This document shows positions 1 to 10,530 of a stretch of DNA of 64,000 bases, one piece after another. Each line of letters starts with the position of its first letter. The first letter of the stretch is position 1. Source of the DNA: an uncultured Bacteroidota bacterium. GTDB taxonomy: Bacteria; Bacteroidota; Bacteroidia; Chitinophagales; Chitinophagaceae. Under the pieces are notes generated by a model. The model saw only the letters and a list, made by a program, of their open reading frames with translations. It was not told the DNA's origin and did no database searches. The translations under genes were made by a program, and so were the position numbers. The DNA is taken from the NCBI GenBank assembly GCA_963773465.1, contig CAVZBF010000002.1, forward strand, positions 555,853 through 619,852. Direction: 5' to 3'.

Positions 1-1667
1 GCAAAATATTTCTCCTGAAGCGGTACGAAGTGGTAAGTATCGCTTTATAAGAACTGCACCCGTTCTCTTTAGTCCCGTCGATAAAAAAACATTGTACTAT
101 GCCGGCAACGTTTTGTTTAAAACAATGAATGGCGGTAATAGCTGGCAGATCATCAGTCCTGATCTTACAAGGGAAACCTATGAAGTGCCTGCAAGTGTTG
201 GCATTTATATAACCAATGATATGAAGACGATGCCGCGACGTGGTGTTATTTATACGGTTGCTCCATCTTATAAAGATGTAAATACTATTTGGTGCGGCAC
301 TGATGATGGTTTGATACATGTAACAAGAGATGGTGGCAAAACATGGAAGAATGTAACTCCACCTGAAATTACTTCATGGAGTAAAGTATCGTTAATGGAT
401 GCAGGCCACTTTGATGCAAACACTGCTTATGCTGCCGTTAATCGTATTCGATGCGATGATATGCGGCCGCATATCTATAAAACAAATGATGGCGGCAAAA
501 CATGGAAAGAAATTGTAAATGGTTTACCAAACGATCCGATCAATGCGGTAAGAGAAGATCCTGTTCGCAAAGGATTATTATTTGCCGGAAGTGAAAGAGC
601 AGTTTATGTTTCATTTGATGATGGAGCAAACTGGCAAAGTTTACGTTTGAATATGCCTGCAACTTCAATTCGTGATCTGGTAATAAAAGATGATGATATT
701 GTTGTCGGCACGCATGGAAGAAGTTTTTGGATACTTGGATAACATCACGCCACTTCGTCAATTAAATAATCAATTTGTGAAATCGTCAGCCATACTTTAT
801 AAACCACAAAACACTTACCGTGTTCGCTGGACGATGTACACGGATACGCCGGTGCCGCAGGAAGAACCTGCAGGAGAAAATCCTCCCGATGGAGTGATAA
901 TTGATTATTATTTAAGCAAGAACGCACAAACTATTAGTCTTGAAATCATAGGACCATATACCGAAATCAAGGCAAGTTTTTATTGGGGTAAAAGGTTTAT
1001 CAGAAAATATTCGAATACGGATACTATGTACAAAATTGGTGAAGTAAACATTCCGCATTACTGGATTCGTCCACAACAAATTCTTTCATCAGAGCCCGGT
1101 CATCATCGTTTACTTTGGGATATGAAGTATACACCATTAAATTTACCAGTGTCATATCCTATTTCGGCAACTTACATGAATACTGAGCCAAATCCAACGG
1201 CACCGTGGGTGATGCCGGGAGATTATGTTGCGATATTAACCGCAGACGGTGTTTCCGATACCACACTATTTACAATTAAAATGGACCCGAGAATAAAGAC
1301 TCCTTTTGCAAGCCTTCAACAACAACATGATCTTTCTTTACAATGTTACAATGGCAGAAAAGAATGCGTGAAAAATTTAGAAGATATTCGTTTGTATAGA
1401 TCTCAACTCAAAAATCAACTGACAACCTTATCTCCCACAACTATTAATGCATTAAATAAAAAAGATACACTGGCAAGAGAATTAGAAACTACACCACAAG
1501 GAAGCACTGATTGGAGTTTTGGAAGATTGAATAGCAGCTTTGCTTCTGTTTTTAATATTTTACAGGACAGTGACATGCCACCCACAACACAAATGATAAA
1601 TGCCGTAAAGGAATTAAATCAGCAAATGATAATTTTGAAAAAGAAATGGGAAGCCCTAAAAAAATAA
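1..1667 (+). pseudogene. BNR/Asp-box repeat glycoside-hydrolase-like (sialidase/xyloglucanase-like) protein. The 5' end lies upstream of the window. The gene is split into two overlapping ORFs (92..742 and 690..1667).
   Basis: Asp-box repeats S/T-x-D-G-G-K-T-W occur three times (DGGKTWKNV, DGGKTWKEI, DDGANWQSL). The frame-2 reading is open from base 2, so the gene is partial. Reading ...GTHGRSFWIL then DNITPLRQL is continuous if one base is removed in the ttttt run at ~727-731. Confidence 0.6.
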
Positions 1668-1670
1668 ACT

Positions 1671-2315
1671 ATGCAAAAACAGTCAGCCAGGATCATAGCA
1701 TTATTAGGAGCACTACTCGGATGGTTTGCGGTCATAGTGCAACTCTACCTGATGATGGAAAACCGGGTAGTCGCAGTTCCCGGAACTCTCTTACGTTTCT
1801 TTGCATTTTTTACTATTGATACAAATATTATTGTCGCCCTATGCTTTACTTTTATTTTCCTGGGAAACAAAACACGTTTAGGCAGATTCTTTTCTAAAGC
1901 ATCCACGGTTACTGCGATCACAGTATATATAACTATTGTAGGAATTGTTTATAATGTCATTTTACGTTCAGAATGGGAACCGGAGGGAATGCAAAAGATC
2001 GTTGATGAGATATTGCATAGTGTTATTCCGGCTTTGTTCATAATTTTCTGGCTGGTATTCGTTCCCATTGAACAATTAAAATGGAAAAATGCTTTGCCCT
2101 GGCTTATTTATCCAATTCTATATATGACCTATGCACTTATACACGGAGCAATCACAAAATTCTATCCTTATCCTTTTGTTGATGTAAATGATCTTGGGTA
2201 TAATAAAGCTTTGTTGAATGCAGGAGGGATCTTACTGACTATTTTTCTTTTATCCCTGTCTTTAATTGCTACAGGAAAGCTGATGAAAAAATTTGATACG
2301 AAGAGAATTGCTTGA
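1671..2315 (+). CDS. Integral membrane protein, ~6 TM helices, family uncertain (Pr6Pr/FAR-17a-like?)
   Basis: Multiple hydrophobic helices; start codon sits 4 bp after the preceding stop; no catalytic motif recognised. Confidence 0.45.
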   Translation: MQKQSARIIALLGALLGWFAVIVQLYLMMENRVVAVPGTLLRFFAFFTIDTNIIVALCFTFIFLGNKTRLGRFFSKASTVTAITVYITIVGIVYNVILRSEWEPEGMQKIVDEILHSVIPALFIIFWLVFVPIEQLKWKNALPWLIYPILYMTYALIHGAITKFYPYPFVDVNDLGYNKALLNAGGILLTIFLLSLSLIATGKLMKKFDTKRIA

Positions 2316-2317
2316 TG

Positions 2318-2466
2318 TTAAATTGTTGCATTGATAAATTGTTGAATTGTTGAATTGTTGCATTGCTAAATTGCTTGATGTTAAATTGTCTAAAGAATTA
2401 TCAACCCAACAATTCAACAATTTAACCATTTGACCATTTGACCATTTAACAATTTGACAATTTAGC
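2318..2466. repeat. Intergenic tandem-unit inverted repeat (unit aattgttg / caacaatt) forming a ~65-bp-arm imperfect hairpin between convergent genes
   Basis: Left half iterates aaattgttg/cattg units; right half iterates caacaatt/gaccattt units. A hand reverse-complement of the right half reproduces the aaattgtt(g) iterations. Confidence 0.8.
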
Positions 2467-2468
2467 CA

Positions 2469-3708
2469 CTACACCCACTCCCCATTTATCATTACTTTAT
2501 CAATAAGATTTGTTCCAAACGAATAAGGTAAATATGCTAATGACGGGATGGGTTTTGTAAAAATGAGATTTGCTTTTTTACCAACCGTAATACTGCCCAC
2601 TTCATGCTGAAGTTCCATGGCAAATGCACCGTTGATCGTCGCAGCGTTAATTGCTTCTTCAGGTAACATCTTCATTCCAATACAGCTCATCGCAACAACC
2701 AAATTCATATTTCCCGAAGGCGATGAACCCGGATTATAATCCGAAGCCACTGCAATAGCACAACCTGCATCGATCATTTGTCTTGCCAGTTGAAAAGGCA
2801 TACGAAGAAAAAACGCAGCCGTGGGAAGCAAGGTGCCAATTGTTCCAGATCCTGCAAGTTTATTAATAATGGCATCATTGACAGTTTCAAGATGATCGAC
2901 TGAAACCGCTCCTAGTTTTATCCCGGTTTCTGCACCGCCTGAAAAATTAAGCTGGTTTGCATGGATCTTTGGTTTTAATCCATAACTCATGCCGGCCTTA
3001 CAGATCGTTTCGGTTTCTTCTGCAGAAAAAAAACCATCTTCACAAAACACATCGATATAGTCTGCGAGTTTTTCATTTGCGATCACCGGCAACATTTCAT
3101 TTATGATGAGATCTATGTATCCCTGATGATTTTCCCTGAACTCCATTGGATATGTATGTGCACCAAGAAAAGTTGACTTAATTGGTATTGGAGAATTTTC
3201 TTTCAGCCTTTTAATAACTCTAAGCATTTTTAATTCACCTTCCACAGTGAGACCATAACCACTTTTTATCTCTATTGCCCCAGTACCTAAGTTTAATTAC
3301 TTCCTGCAATCTCCACCATGCACTTCTTACTAATTCGGTTTCATCTGCCCCGGCAATTTTTCTTGCCGAGTTAATTATTCCGCCTCCCCTTTCAGCGATC
3401 TCAGCATAAGATATGCCCCTGATCTTATCTACAAATTCATCTTCTCTTGAAACCAAATACACCAAATGAGTATGGCTATCACACCAACACGGAAGTACAT
3501 ATTGATTTGTCGCATCAATTATATTGTCGGTGATTGCTGTGGGAGATCCTAACATGTCCATTTCACCATAATCAACTATAATTCCATTTTCGATCAAAAC
3601 ATAGGCATCGTCAATGCATGGAAGGTCCGCTAACTCTTTTCCCCGCAAAAGCTTTGATACTTCTCTTACGTTCACAAGTTGTCTTATGTTTGTAACTAAA
3701 GTTTTCAT
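2469..3708 (-). pseudogene. hutI: Imidazolonepropionase (HutI, amidohydrolase), frame change near 3283-3290
   Basis: N-terminal part carries DSHTHLVY...GISY..GGGI. C-terminal part carries SGYGLTVEGELKMLRV, HANQ and DYNPGSSP, matching HutI along its whole length. The C-terminal frame is open back to ~3290 (LGTGAIEIKSGYGL). A TGA/ATG 4-bp overlap joins it to the downstream Mur ligase gene. Confidence 0.85.
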
Positions 3709-5106
3709 AATTCAGCCCAGACCTGTTTTGCAAATTGTTCCAATGACGGGTCTCTTGCACCCATCAGCAATACTACACAATTATCGGTGAGATGAGAGCG
3801 GATAGCGTTGACAAGATCATTTCTATTTTCAACAAAAAATGCATGTGCGCCTTTTGCTGTCAGATCATTTACCAGGTCATTAGAAGAAATATCTTTTGTT
3901 GTGGTACCTCCTGCATAAAAAATTTCACTCATCCATATTTCATCTGCGGGCCTTAATGCTTTCGCTATTTCTTCCACAAAATCATTTCGCAAAAATTTTG
4001 TAGGCGCATATCCATGCGGCTGAAACCATGCAATGACTTTTGGTGCCACGGGTTGACAAGCCATAATACTGGCTGCACATTTTGCAGGGTTATGTGCATA
4101 GTCATCGATCATCCAAACTCCATGTTTATTTCCATACAGCTGGTGACGGCGATAAATACCTTCATAATTTTTTAACGCAGCATGCACATGTTATCAGGTC
4201 AACTCCAATTTGATCTGCTACAGCAACGGCAGCGGCAGCGTTTTCCATATTGTGCCTTCCAATTGCATTTATTGAAAATTGAGCATTGAGCATCGAAAAT
4301 TGAACATTTAATCCATGTTGTTTAAAATTCTTCGCAACATATTTTGCCGGGAACTTTTCATCAATCGAAAAATCATGATCTATATCCTGGGATAGTTTCC
4401 TTGCGAGTGAATGAGATTGATTTACTACAAATTTCTTACTGTTGTTTTTAAATACAGTAAATATTTCCATCAGCGCATCGATCTCTTTATGGTCCTTATC
4501 AATGTTAAGCAGTAACCCAATTTCGGGTTTATAGTAAATGATTGACCCGTCACTTTCATCCGCTTCAATCACTAACCACTCTCCCCTTCCTACTTTTGCA
4601 TTACCAATTTTTCCTTCCTTGATAATACTCGTAAGACCGGCGCCACTTATAATACTTGGATGGAGCCCTGCATATTCCATTATATCAAACAACATCGCAG
4701 TGGTGGTGCTTTTACCGGAAGTTCCTCCAACTGCAATTGTTTTTTTACTTTCTGCAATTAATGCAAGTAACTCGCTGCGTTTGATAATAGGAATGTTGAG
4801 TTCCTTTGCCTTCTGCACTTCATACACCGTATCTTCAATGGCCGTGCTTACAATGACAAGATCAGTTTTATTCGTAATGCCCGATCCGTTCTGTAAAAAA
4901 CAGTTGATCCCTTCCGCTTCCAGCTTTTCTTTTGTATCATTGAATTCACCTGCCTTAAAATAACGGTCACTGCCGGAAACATTTTTGCCAATACCCTGCA
5001 GGTATTGAGCCAATGCACTCATGCCGGTGCCGGCAATGCCAATAAAAAATGGATGTTGGAAATCATTGAGAGATGAGATCATTATTGCAAATGTAGCTAT
5101 TGCCAA
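3705..5106 (-). pseudogene. Mur ligase family protein, MurC-like (UDP-N-acetylmuramate--L-alanine ligase-like), frame change near 4165-4187
   Basis: N-terminal FFIGIAGTGMSALAQYL...SGSD. ATP-binding GGTSGKSTTTAM and IEADESDGS. IGRHNMENAAAAVAVA is close to E. coli MurC PGRHNALNAAAAVAVA. The C-terminal piece is the Mur_ligase_C domain. Confidence 0.75.
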
Positions 5107-5109
5107 TTA

Positions 5110-5646
5110 TTATTTTCGCCGGTAAGTAATTGAAATAAGACCCGATTTATATGTCTTTACTTCTTTTACTTGCCAGTCGATTCTTTTTTCAATATGTGGA
5201 AAGAATGCTTTGCCCTTTCCAATAAGCGAAGGACATATTGCCAGGGTAAGCTCATCCACGAGGTCGTAATTCAATAATGAACTTAATAATTCTGCGCCGC
5301 CAAAAACGGCAATGTCTTTTCCTGGTTGACTTCTTATTTTTTCAACTTCTGTTTTTAAATCTCCGGTAACAAGAATGTATCCTTGCTCCACCTCTTTTAA
5401 AGTATTGGAGAAAACATATTGCTTCATGTGTGCAAAAGAGTTGATCATTTCCTCGCTTACTTCTCCTTTCATTTTCAATGATGCCTCATAGGTTTTACGT
5501 CCATGAAACATAGCATCGATATTCCTCCATGACTCTTCCAACTCTTTGAATTGTTCATTATCATAGATTATCCAGTCGATCTCCTGATTGGGGCCTTCAA
5601 TAAAGCCATCGATGGTAGTGGCAAAACCGCCAATGATCTTTCGCAT
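5110..5646 (-). CDS. Dihydrofolate reductase family protein (RibD C-terminal domain-like)
   Basis: MRKIIGGFATTIDGFIEG...GRKTYE...FGGAELLSSLLNYDLVDEL is typical of the RibD_C/YwjB family. The start is placed at the internal Met that avoids overlap with the upstream gene. Confidence 0.7.
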   Translation of the reverse strand: MRKIIGGFATTIDGFIEGPNQEIDWIIYDNEQFKELEESWRNIDAMFHGRKTYEASLKMKGEVSEEMINSFAHMKQYVFSNTLKEVEQGYILVTGDLKTEVEKIRSQPGKDIAVFGGAELLSSLLNYDLVDELTLAICPSLIGKGKAFFPHIEKRIDWQVKEVKTYKSGLISITYRRK

Positions 5647-5651
5647 AAAAA

Positions 5652-6578
5652 TTAATTGCCTGTTGTAAAAACTTTTACCCAATCCACATACATCGTTCCC
5701 GTTTGGATCAATGCAGGATTAAAATTGGAAAAGAAAAGTCCGCCAACTGCAAGATTTAATGTGATCCGTTCTGTTTTACCAAATAGACTTGGCACATAGC
5801 TGCCCGAGTTTGTTTTTACCAAAACTCCATCAAAATAAAATTTGAGATCATTCTGGCTCCATATCATTTCATAAACATGATAACAACTTTGCAAGCTTAC
5901 ATCAGTAGTTACAAAACCTTCGGCGCCGCGAACAAGATTGCGGTTGGCTGTTCTGCCATAAAAATAATTTGTCTGGTACTTAAAATCTTCCTGGCCTCTT
6001 GCTTCCAGAATATCTATTTCACCTTGAGTTGGCCATGGATCTCCATAGCTCCAGAATGCCGGCCACATTCCATATCCCGACGGCAATTTTATTCTTGCCA
6101 TCATTCTTACACCTGGCGAAGATGAAGATGCAGAGAAATTCGTGGTGGATTCAATGCGTCCTGACGTATAATTAAATGTTTTTGGTGTTGGATCAAAAGG
6201 TGTCGTTGGACCAGTTACGGTTTCCTGTCTTGCTGCAATCACAAGATTTCCGTTTGTTACTGAAAGATTGGAAGACTGGTACAGTTGTAATTCATTATTG
6301 AATGCCCCGCCGTGCCAGATATTCCAGTTATTTAAATTAGCAGAAAATAGATCTTCGAAAGTTTTTGTCCAGCCTGCCCCGGTAATAGCAGCTTCGTTTA
6401 TGTCATAATCGCAAACACCATGCACGGGTGGTGGCGGTGGTGGTGGTTGTGGCTTCGCGGTAGCTATCTCTTCATTTATTGTTTTATCAACACTATCCGC
6501 TTTTTTACATCCCAATACAAAGAACAAAAAAGGAATGAAATAGAAAAGGCAACGCTTAGTCGTTTTCATAAAAAACAT
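5652..6578 (-). CDS. Glycoside hydrolase family 16 (laminarinase/beta-glucanase-like) lipoprotein
   Basis: GH16 catalytic motif GEIDILE. Lipoprotein signal (…VLGCKK). Poly-proline linker PQPPPPPPPV. Confidence 0.8.
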   Translation of the reverse strand: MFFMKTTKRCLFYFIPFLFFVLGCKKADSVDKTINEEIATAKPQPPPPPPPVHGVCDYDINEAAITGAGWTKTFEDLFSANLNNWNIWHGGAFNNELQLYQSSNLSVTNGNLVIAARQETVTGPTTPFDPTPKTFNYTSGRIESTTNFSASSSSPGVRMMARIKLPSGYGMWPAFWSYGDPWPTQGEIDILEARGQEDFKYQTNYFYGRTANRNLVRGAEGFVTTDVSLQSCYHVYEMIWSQNDLKFYFDGVLVKTNSGSYVPSLFGKTERITLNLAVGGLFFSNFNPALIQTGTMYVDWVKVFTTGN

Positions 6579-6672
6579 TTTTTTAAATGTACAATTTATA
6601 ACCTAAACATATTGATACTATCGTAAATCTTCATTGCAAGATTTCGGGGATTAATGTTCTAAATTTGTTTTC

Positions 6673-8772
6673 ATGATCTTCCTGGCTCAACGGTCTCTTT
6701 TTGTTTTTCTTTGCTCGCTGAACATTTATTGTTTCGGCCAGGGTTGCGACGAAGATTTTTTTGCGGTCCGGCTTCACGGAGAATATGGACAATCGTATAA
6801 CAGTTCAGCTATCAATAACAAGAACGAGATCATATTGGTGGGGAGCCAGCTTCAACAGGCAAATTTTAAAAACGATGCTATCGTTACAAAATTGACACCC
6901 CAAGGTTCTGTTTTATGGTCAAAAAAGTTCCAGGCCGCCGGTTACCGCAGTTTTGAATTTAACGATGTTGCAGCAATGCCTGATGGCAGTTTTATGATCA
7001 CAGGATGGGCCAGTAATGTTGATACGTCCACCAGTTATCTTAAAAGATCTTGGGGAATAATTATAAAGATAGATGGCTATGGTAACCTGGTGTGGACAAG
7101 ATCTTTCAGTAATTATAATGAACTCGATCATTTTACCACGATAAGGAATATTGCTTACATAAATGATAATGATTGCATCGTTTTTGGAAATCTCTACGGA
7201 CGAGCCGGTAATTTTCTCACAAGAGGTCCGCAGGTTATTATGCGTATCGATGGAAATGGATCAATAAAATGGCGGACCACAATTTCATCCGAGATGGGAT
7301 TTGTATCAGGAACTGAAAAATTTGGCTACAAGCTTTTGAATAATTCCGAACTGGTGCTTGGTTTAAAGGTTGCTCAAAATGAATTTTCAGGTTATGGTTA
7401 CGGGCAATTTTTGCAAGAAGGATATCTTGTAACAAAGATCGATTACGCAACAGGCGATATGCGTTGGAATAAAGTGTATACTTTTCCAATTACAGTATCA
7501 TTAAGTGGTGTAGGATGGGACGGGATCAAGCATATTGCATCTTTGCCAAACGGTGACCTGTCTTTTAGTTTTTCATTTTCAGAAACTGACAATTATTCGT
7601 CTGCACCCAATACGAAAAGGGCCGGCATTTTTGTGACCGACAATTCAGGGAATCTAAAACAGGTAACGAGCTATATAAATTCTGTGCCCGGCTGCAGAAT
7701 TTATGGTTGTATCGATGACGGTTCGGGTAGCCAGGTTGTACTGATGTATGATGGACGCCAGCCTATTCTTGCAAAAATTGATGCTTCGAATGAAATTATT
7801 TGGCAACGGGGATTTGGCAACATCGGTGCTCAATATGTTCCGATTGGAGTATATCGTTCGGGCCCGGGATATGATCTTCTTTTGCAAAATCCTTATCAGC
7901 CTGATATTATAATGATCAAATCAGCAGCAGATGGGAAAATGGATTGCTTAAATACTCCGGTAAATCTTATAAAAGAGAATGTGACCAGCCTGTTTCAATT
8001 GAAAGCTACCGATTTGATATTTAGAACGAGCGAGGAAGTTTTATTACCAATTTATCTTGTCAACAAAACTTTTGCGGTAGAAACGAATGAGCTTTGCAGC
8101 CAAACATGCTGTACAGATATATTGGATACTGCAAACACAAGTAACATTACTTTATGCGAAGGCGACACATATATTTTACCAAACAATTATATAGTTAAAG
8201 ATTCAGGCACTTACTATATCAGCAATAAAACACCGAATGGGTGTGACAGCGTTTCATTTTATCATTTCACAGTTGTAAAAGATCCGTCGACGCTTGATAT
8301 CAAGGGAGATTTTTGCATGGAAGGAGCAGACTCCCTTAAACTAAATGCCACGGGAGGCTTTGATAGTTATACCTGGATGAACACAACGATCCCCGATTCA
8401 TTCTATACAGTGAGAGCTCCCGGAATTTATAAAGTGAGTGTTTCCAATATTTGTGGCAGTAAAACGGCAGAAAAAGAAGTTTTTTCAAAATGCGAATTTG
8501 AAATTTATATGCCAACAGCATTTACGCCGAATGGTGATGGCCTGAATGATCTGTTCCGTGTGCCGAAACAAAATAAAAACAGCTTAGTGAAATTAGTGAT
8601 CTATAACAGGTGGGGGCAAAAAGTTTTTGAAACTACCGAAGTCGATAATGGCTGGGATGGAAATTATAAAGGCATTAAACAGCCGGTCGGCTCTTATGTT
8701 TATCTTTTAAGAATGAAAACCATCTCGGGAAGACCGATAGATTCAAAAGGTGTATTTACGCTGATCAGGTAA
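6673..8772 (+). CDS. Secreted beta-propeller-like protein with T9SS type-B C-terminal sorting domain
   Basis: C-terminal FTPNGDGLNDLF...YNRWGQKVF...GWDG signature of the gliding-motility-associated CTD (TIGR04131). N-terminal signal peptide. Confidence 0.8.
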   Translation: MIFLAQRSLFVFLCSLNIYCFGQGCDEDFFAVRLHGEYGQSYNSSAINNKNEIILVGSQLQQANFKNDAIVTKLTPQGSVLWSKKFQAAGYRSFEFNDVAAMPDGSFMITGWASNVDTSTSYLKRSWGIIIKIDGYGNLVWTRSFSNYNELDHFTTIRNIAYINDNDCIVFGNLYGRAGNFLTRGPQVIMRIDGNGSIKWRTTISSEMGFVSGTEKFGYKLLNNSELVLGLKVAQNEFSGYGYGQFLQEGYLVTKIDYATGDMRWNKVYTFPITVSLSGVGWDGIKHIASLPNGDLSFSFSFSETDNYSSAPNTKRAGIFVTDNSGNLKQVTSYINSVPGCRIYGCIDDGSGSQVVLMYDGRQPILAKIDASNEIIWQRGFGNIGAQYVPIGVYRSGPGYDLLLQNPYQPDIIMIKSAADGKMDCLNTPVNLIKENVTSLFQLKATDLIFRTSEEVLLPIYLVNKTFAVETNELCSQTCCTDILDTANTSNITLCEGDTYILPNNYIVKDSGTYYISNKTPNGCDSVSFYHFTVVKDPSTLDIKGDFCMEGADSLKLNATGGFDSYTWMNTTIPDSFYTVRAPGIYKVSVSNICGSKTAEKEVFSKCEFEIYMPTAFTPNGDGLNDLFRVPKQNKNSLVKLVIYNRWGQKVFETTEVDNGWDGNYKGIKQPVGSYVYLLRMKTISGRPIDSKGVFTLIR

Positions 8773-8774
8773 TA

Positions 8775-9329
8775 TTATTTTTTTGCGAGCCGGGAATAAA
8801 TCACCGTGTCATTAAATTCGCCATTAAAATAAAAGCTTTCTTTTAAATGGGCTTCTTTTACAAACCCGGTGCTTTCAAGTGCTGCTGATGAGCCAATATT
8901 GGCGGGAGTAAGTAACGCTTCGATACTGTGCAGGTTTAAAACATTGAATCCATAATCGACGACACTATTGATCGCTTCCTTCATAATTCCTTTGCGCCAA
9001 TGATGAGGATGAAGTACATAACCAATTTCACTGCGAAAATGTTCTGGCCTGATATTCCACAAACAAATAGTTCCTATTATTGCTGATGGATCATCTTGCA
9101 ACGCTATACCCCATAATATTGATCCATTATCATCAATATTTTTATCTATTTGTGCGATAAATTCTTCGGCTTCCTGAATTGTAGCGGCAGGTTTTTTACC
9201 GAGATGGCGTAACACATCTTCATTCGAACGCAGAAAAAATATTTCATTCGCATCGGATTTCTCAAGCCTTCTTAACAGAAGTCTTTCTGTTTTTAATTCC
9301 GGAAAAGGAGTAAAGTTTAACGTTATCAT
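8775..9329 (-). CDS. GNAT family N-acetyltransferase (RimJ/RimL-like)
   Basis: GNAT fold motifs HPHHWRKGIMKEAINSVVDYGF and LHSIEA. Confidence 0.75.
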   Translation of the reverse strand: MITLNFTPFPELKTERLLLRRLEKSDANEIFFLRSNEDVLRHLGKKPAATIQEAEEFIAQIDKNIDDNGSILWGIALQDDPSAIIGTICLWNIRPEHFRSEIGYVLHPHHWRKGIMKEAINSVVDYGFNVLNLHSIEALLTPANIGSSAALESTGFVKEAHLKESFYFNGEFNDTVIYSRLAKK

Positions 9330-9345
9330 TGTTATTAAAATATTA

Positions 9346-9786
9346 TTACTGTAAAGACATCCAATTGTCTTTTGTCATTTCAAATTTTATTTCACCTTTT
9401 CCATGAAGGCCAACTTCTTTCCAGCCGGCTTTGCGGTAAAACATTTCGGCTCTTGTACCAGGAGCGGTGCCCAACCAAACTGTTTTATCGGTCTTTGAAA
9501 AATACCAGTTCATCATTTCATTAAGTAATTTTTTTCCGATACCGATCCTTTCAAAATCAGGGTGAATAAACAACGCCCAAATATTATTTTCAACCAGGTC
9601 AGCGATCGCAAATCCCACTACGTCATCGTTCATCTCACAAACCCAGCCTTTACCACGCCGGGTGATATAATTTTCCACGTCGCTATCGGGTACTAATGCC
9701 GGATCTGACAATCGATTTTCATTTACAAGATTTCTTACCACCTGTATTTGAAATATATCCCTGACTTCTGCCACCCGTATTTTCAT
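9346..9786 (-). CDS. GNAT family N-acetyltransferase
   Basis: ERIGIGKKLLNEMM is a Q/RxxGxG/A acetyl-CoA binding motif; 146 aa. Confidence 0.75.
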   Translation of the reverse strand: MKIRVAEVRDIFQIQVVRNLVNENRLSDPALVPDSDVENYITRRGKGWVCEMNDDVVGFAIADLVENNIWALFIHPDFERIGIGKKLLNEMMNWYFSKTDKTVWLGTAPGTRAEMFYRKAGWKEVGLHGKGEIKFEMTKDNWMSLQ

Positions 9787-10008
9787 TTTATAAAAATTGA
9801 AAATAAACTACAAATGAAAAAATCTATTTCATCTTCACAAGTAATCCACAAGTGGATTTGATGGTTGATAAATAGAGAGTGGCGGAAAGGTTACTTACTT
9901 ACCTTCGCGGTATTAAGAACAACTGAAGCCCGTTTTGATCCGTTTTCAACGAAGTGCCTTGCTAATGAACGGTAGTTTAAGACTCATTTAAAACTTAAAA
10001 GAAAGAAA

Positions 10009-10299
10009 ATGGTACAAAAAACCTATTACAAAACAAAAGATTATTGCAAAGTAAAATTCTCATTCCAGGCAGATGCAGCTGAGACGATTGAAATACTCGG
10101 TTTGAATAGTGACTGGAAAAACTCAGTGATCATGAGTAAAAAGAAAGATGGTTCTTTCAGCGCTGATGTAAACCTTCCCAAAGACTCTACGCATGAATTT
10201 AAATATTTAGTGAATGAAACGTTGTGGGTAAATGAGCCTGAGGCCGATAAAGAAGTGCCTAATGAATTCGGCGGCAGCAATAGTGTGATCGTTATTTAA
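10009..10299 (+). CDS. Stand-alone E-set/CBM48-like (glycogen-binding, isoamylase N-terminal-like) domain protein
   Basis: VKFSFQADAAETIEILGLNSDWKNSVIMSKKKDGSFSADVNLPKDSTHEFKYLVNETLWVNEP resembles the AMPK-beta/CBM48 fold. 96 aa with no catalytic domain. Confidence 0.5.
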   Translation: MVQKTYYKTKDYCKVKFSFQADAAETIEILGLNSDWKNSVIMSKKKDGSFSADVNLPKDSTHEFKYLVNETLWVNEPEADKEVPNEFGGSNSVIVI

Positions 10300-10530
10300 G
10301 CTTTCCCGATCTTATTTTCCCGATCCCGATAATTCCGGTTTACCAGTGATGCAAATTCACTGGAATTATCAGGCCTGGGGATTTTATGCCTATCCAAACC
10401 CAACGTGATGCCTTTCCTGCCTTTGCAATACTTAACCTGGTTGTACTTTGAAGGTATATTAACACCTTCGGAATATTACCTGTTGGATATATTGAGCAAA
10501 TCGACTATGTTGGCAGCCTGAAACAAATAC

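Noticed and set aside
2318-2466. Possible CRISPR array suggested by the regular short repeats
   Set aside because: Units are 7-9 bp with no 25-40 bp unique spacers, and the second half is the reverse complement of the first. This is a hairpin-forming simple repeat, not a CRISPR array, and there are no cas genes.
4538-4963. 141-aa ORF antisense inside the Mur ligase gene, and similar antisense ORFs at 5877..6125, 11991..12317, 12488..12790, 34172..34448, 37147..37515, 43090..44195, 45522..46643, 50219..52555 and 54753..55405
   Set aside because: They lie wholly inside strongly supported genes on the opposite strand and have no motifs or signals. They are typical spurious antisense ORFs.
9840-9990. 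Possible tRNA or small RNA gene in a GC-richer patch
   Set aside because: No cloverleaf, no GTTCGA T-loop box and no anticodon-arm symmetry. Treated as the leader of the downstream gene.
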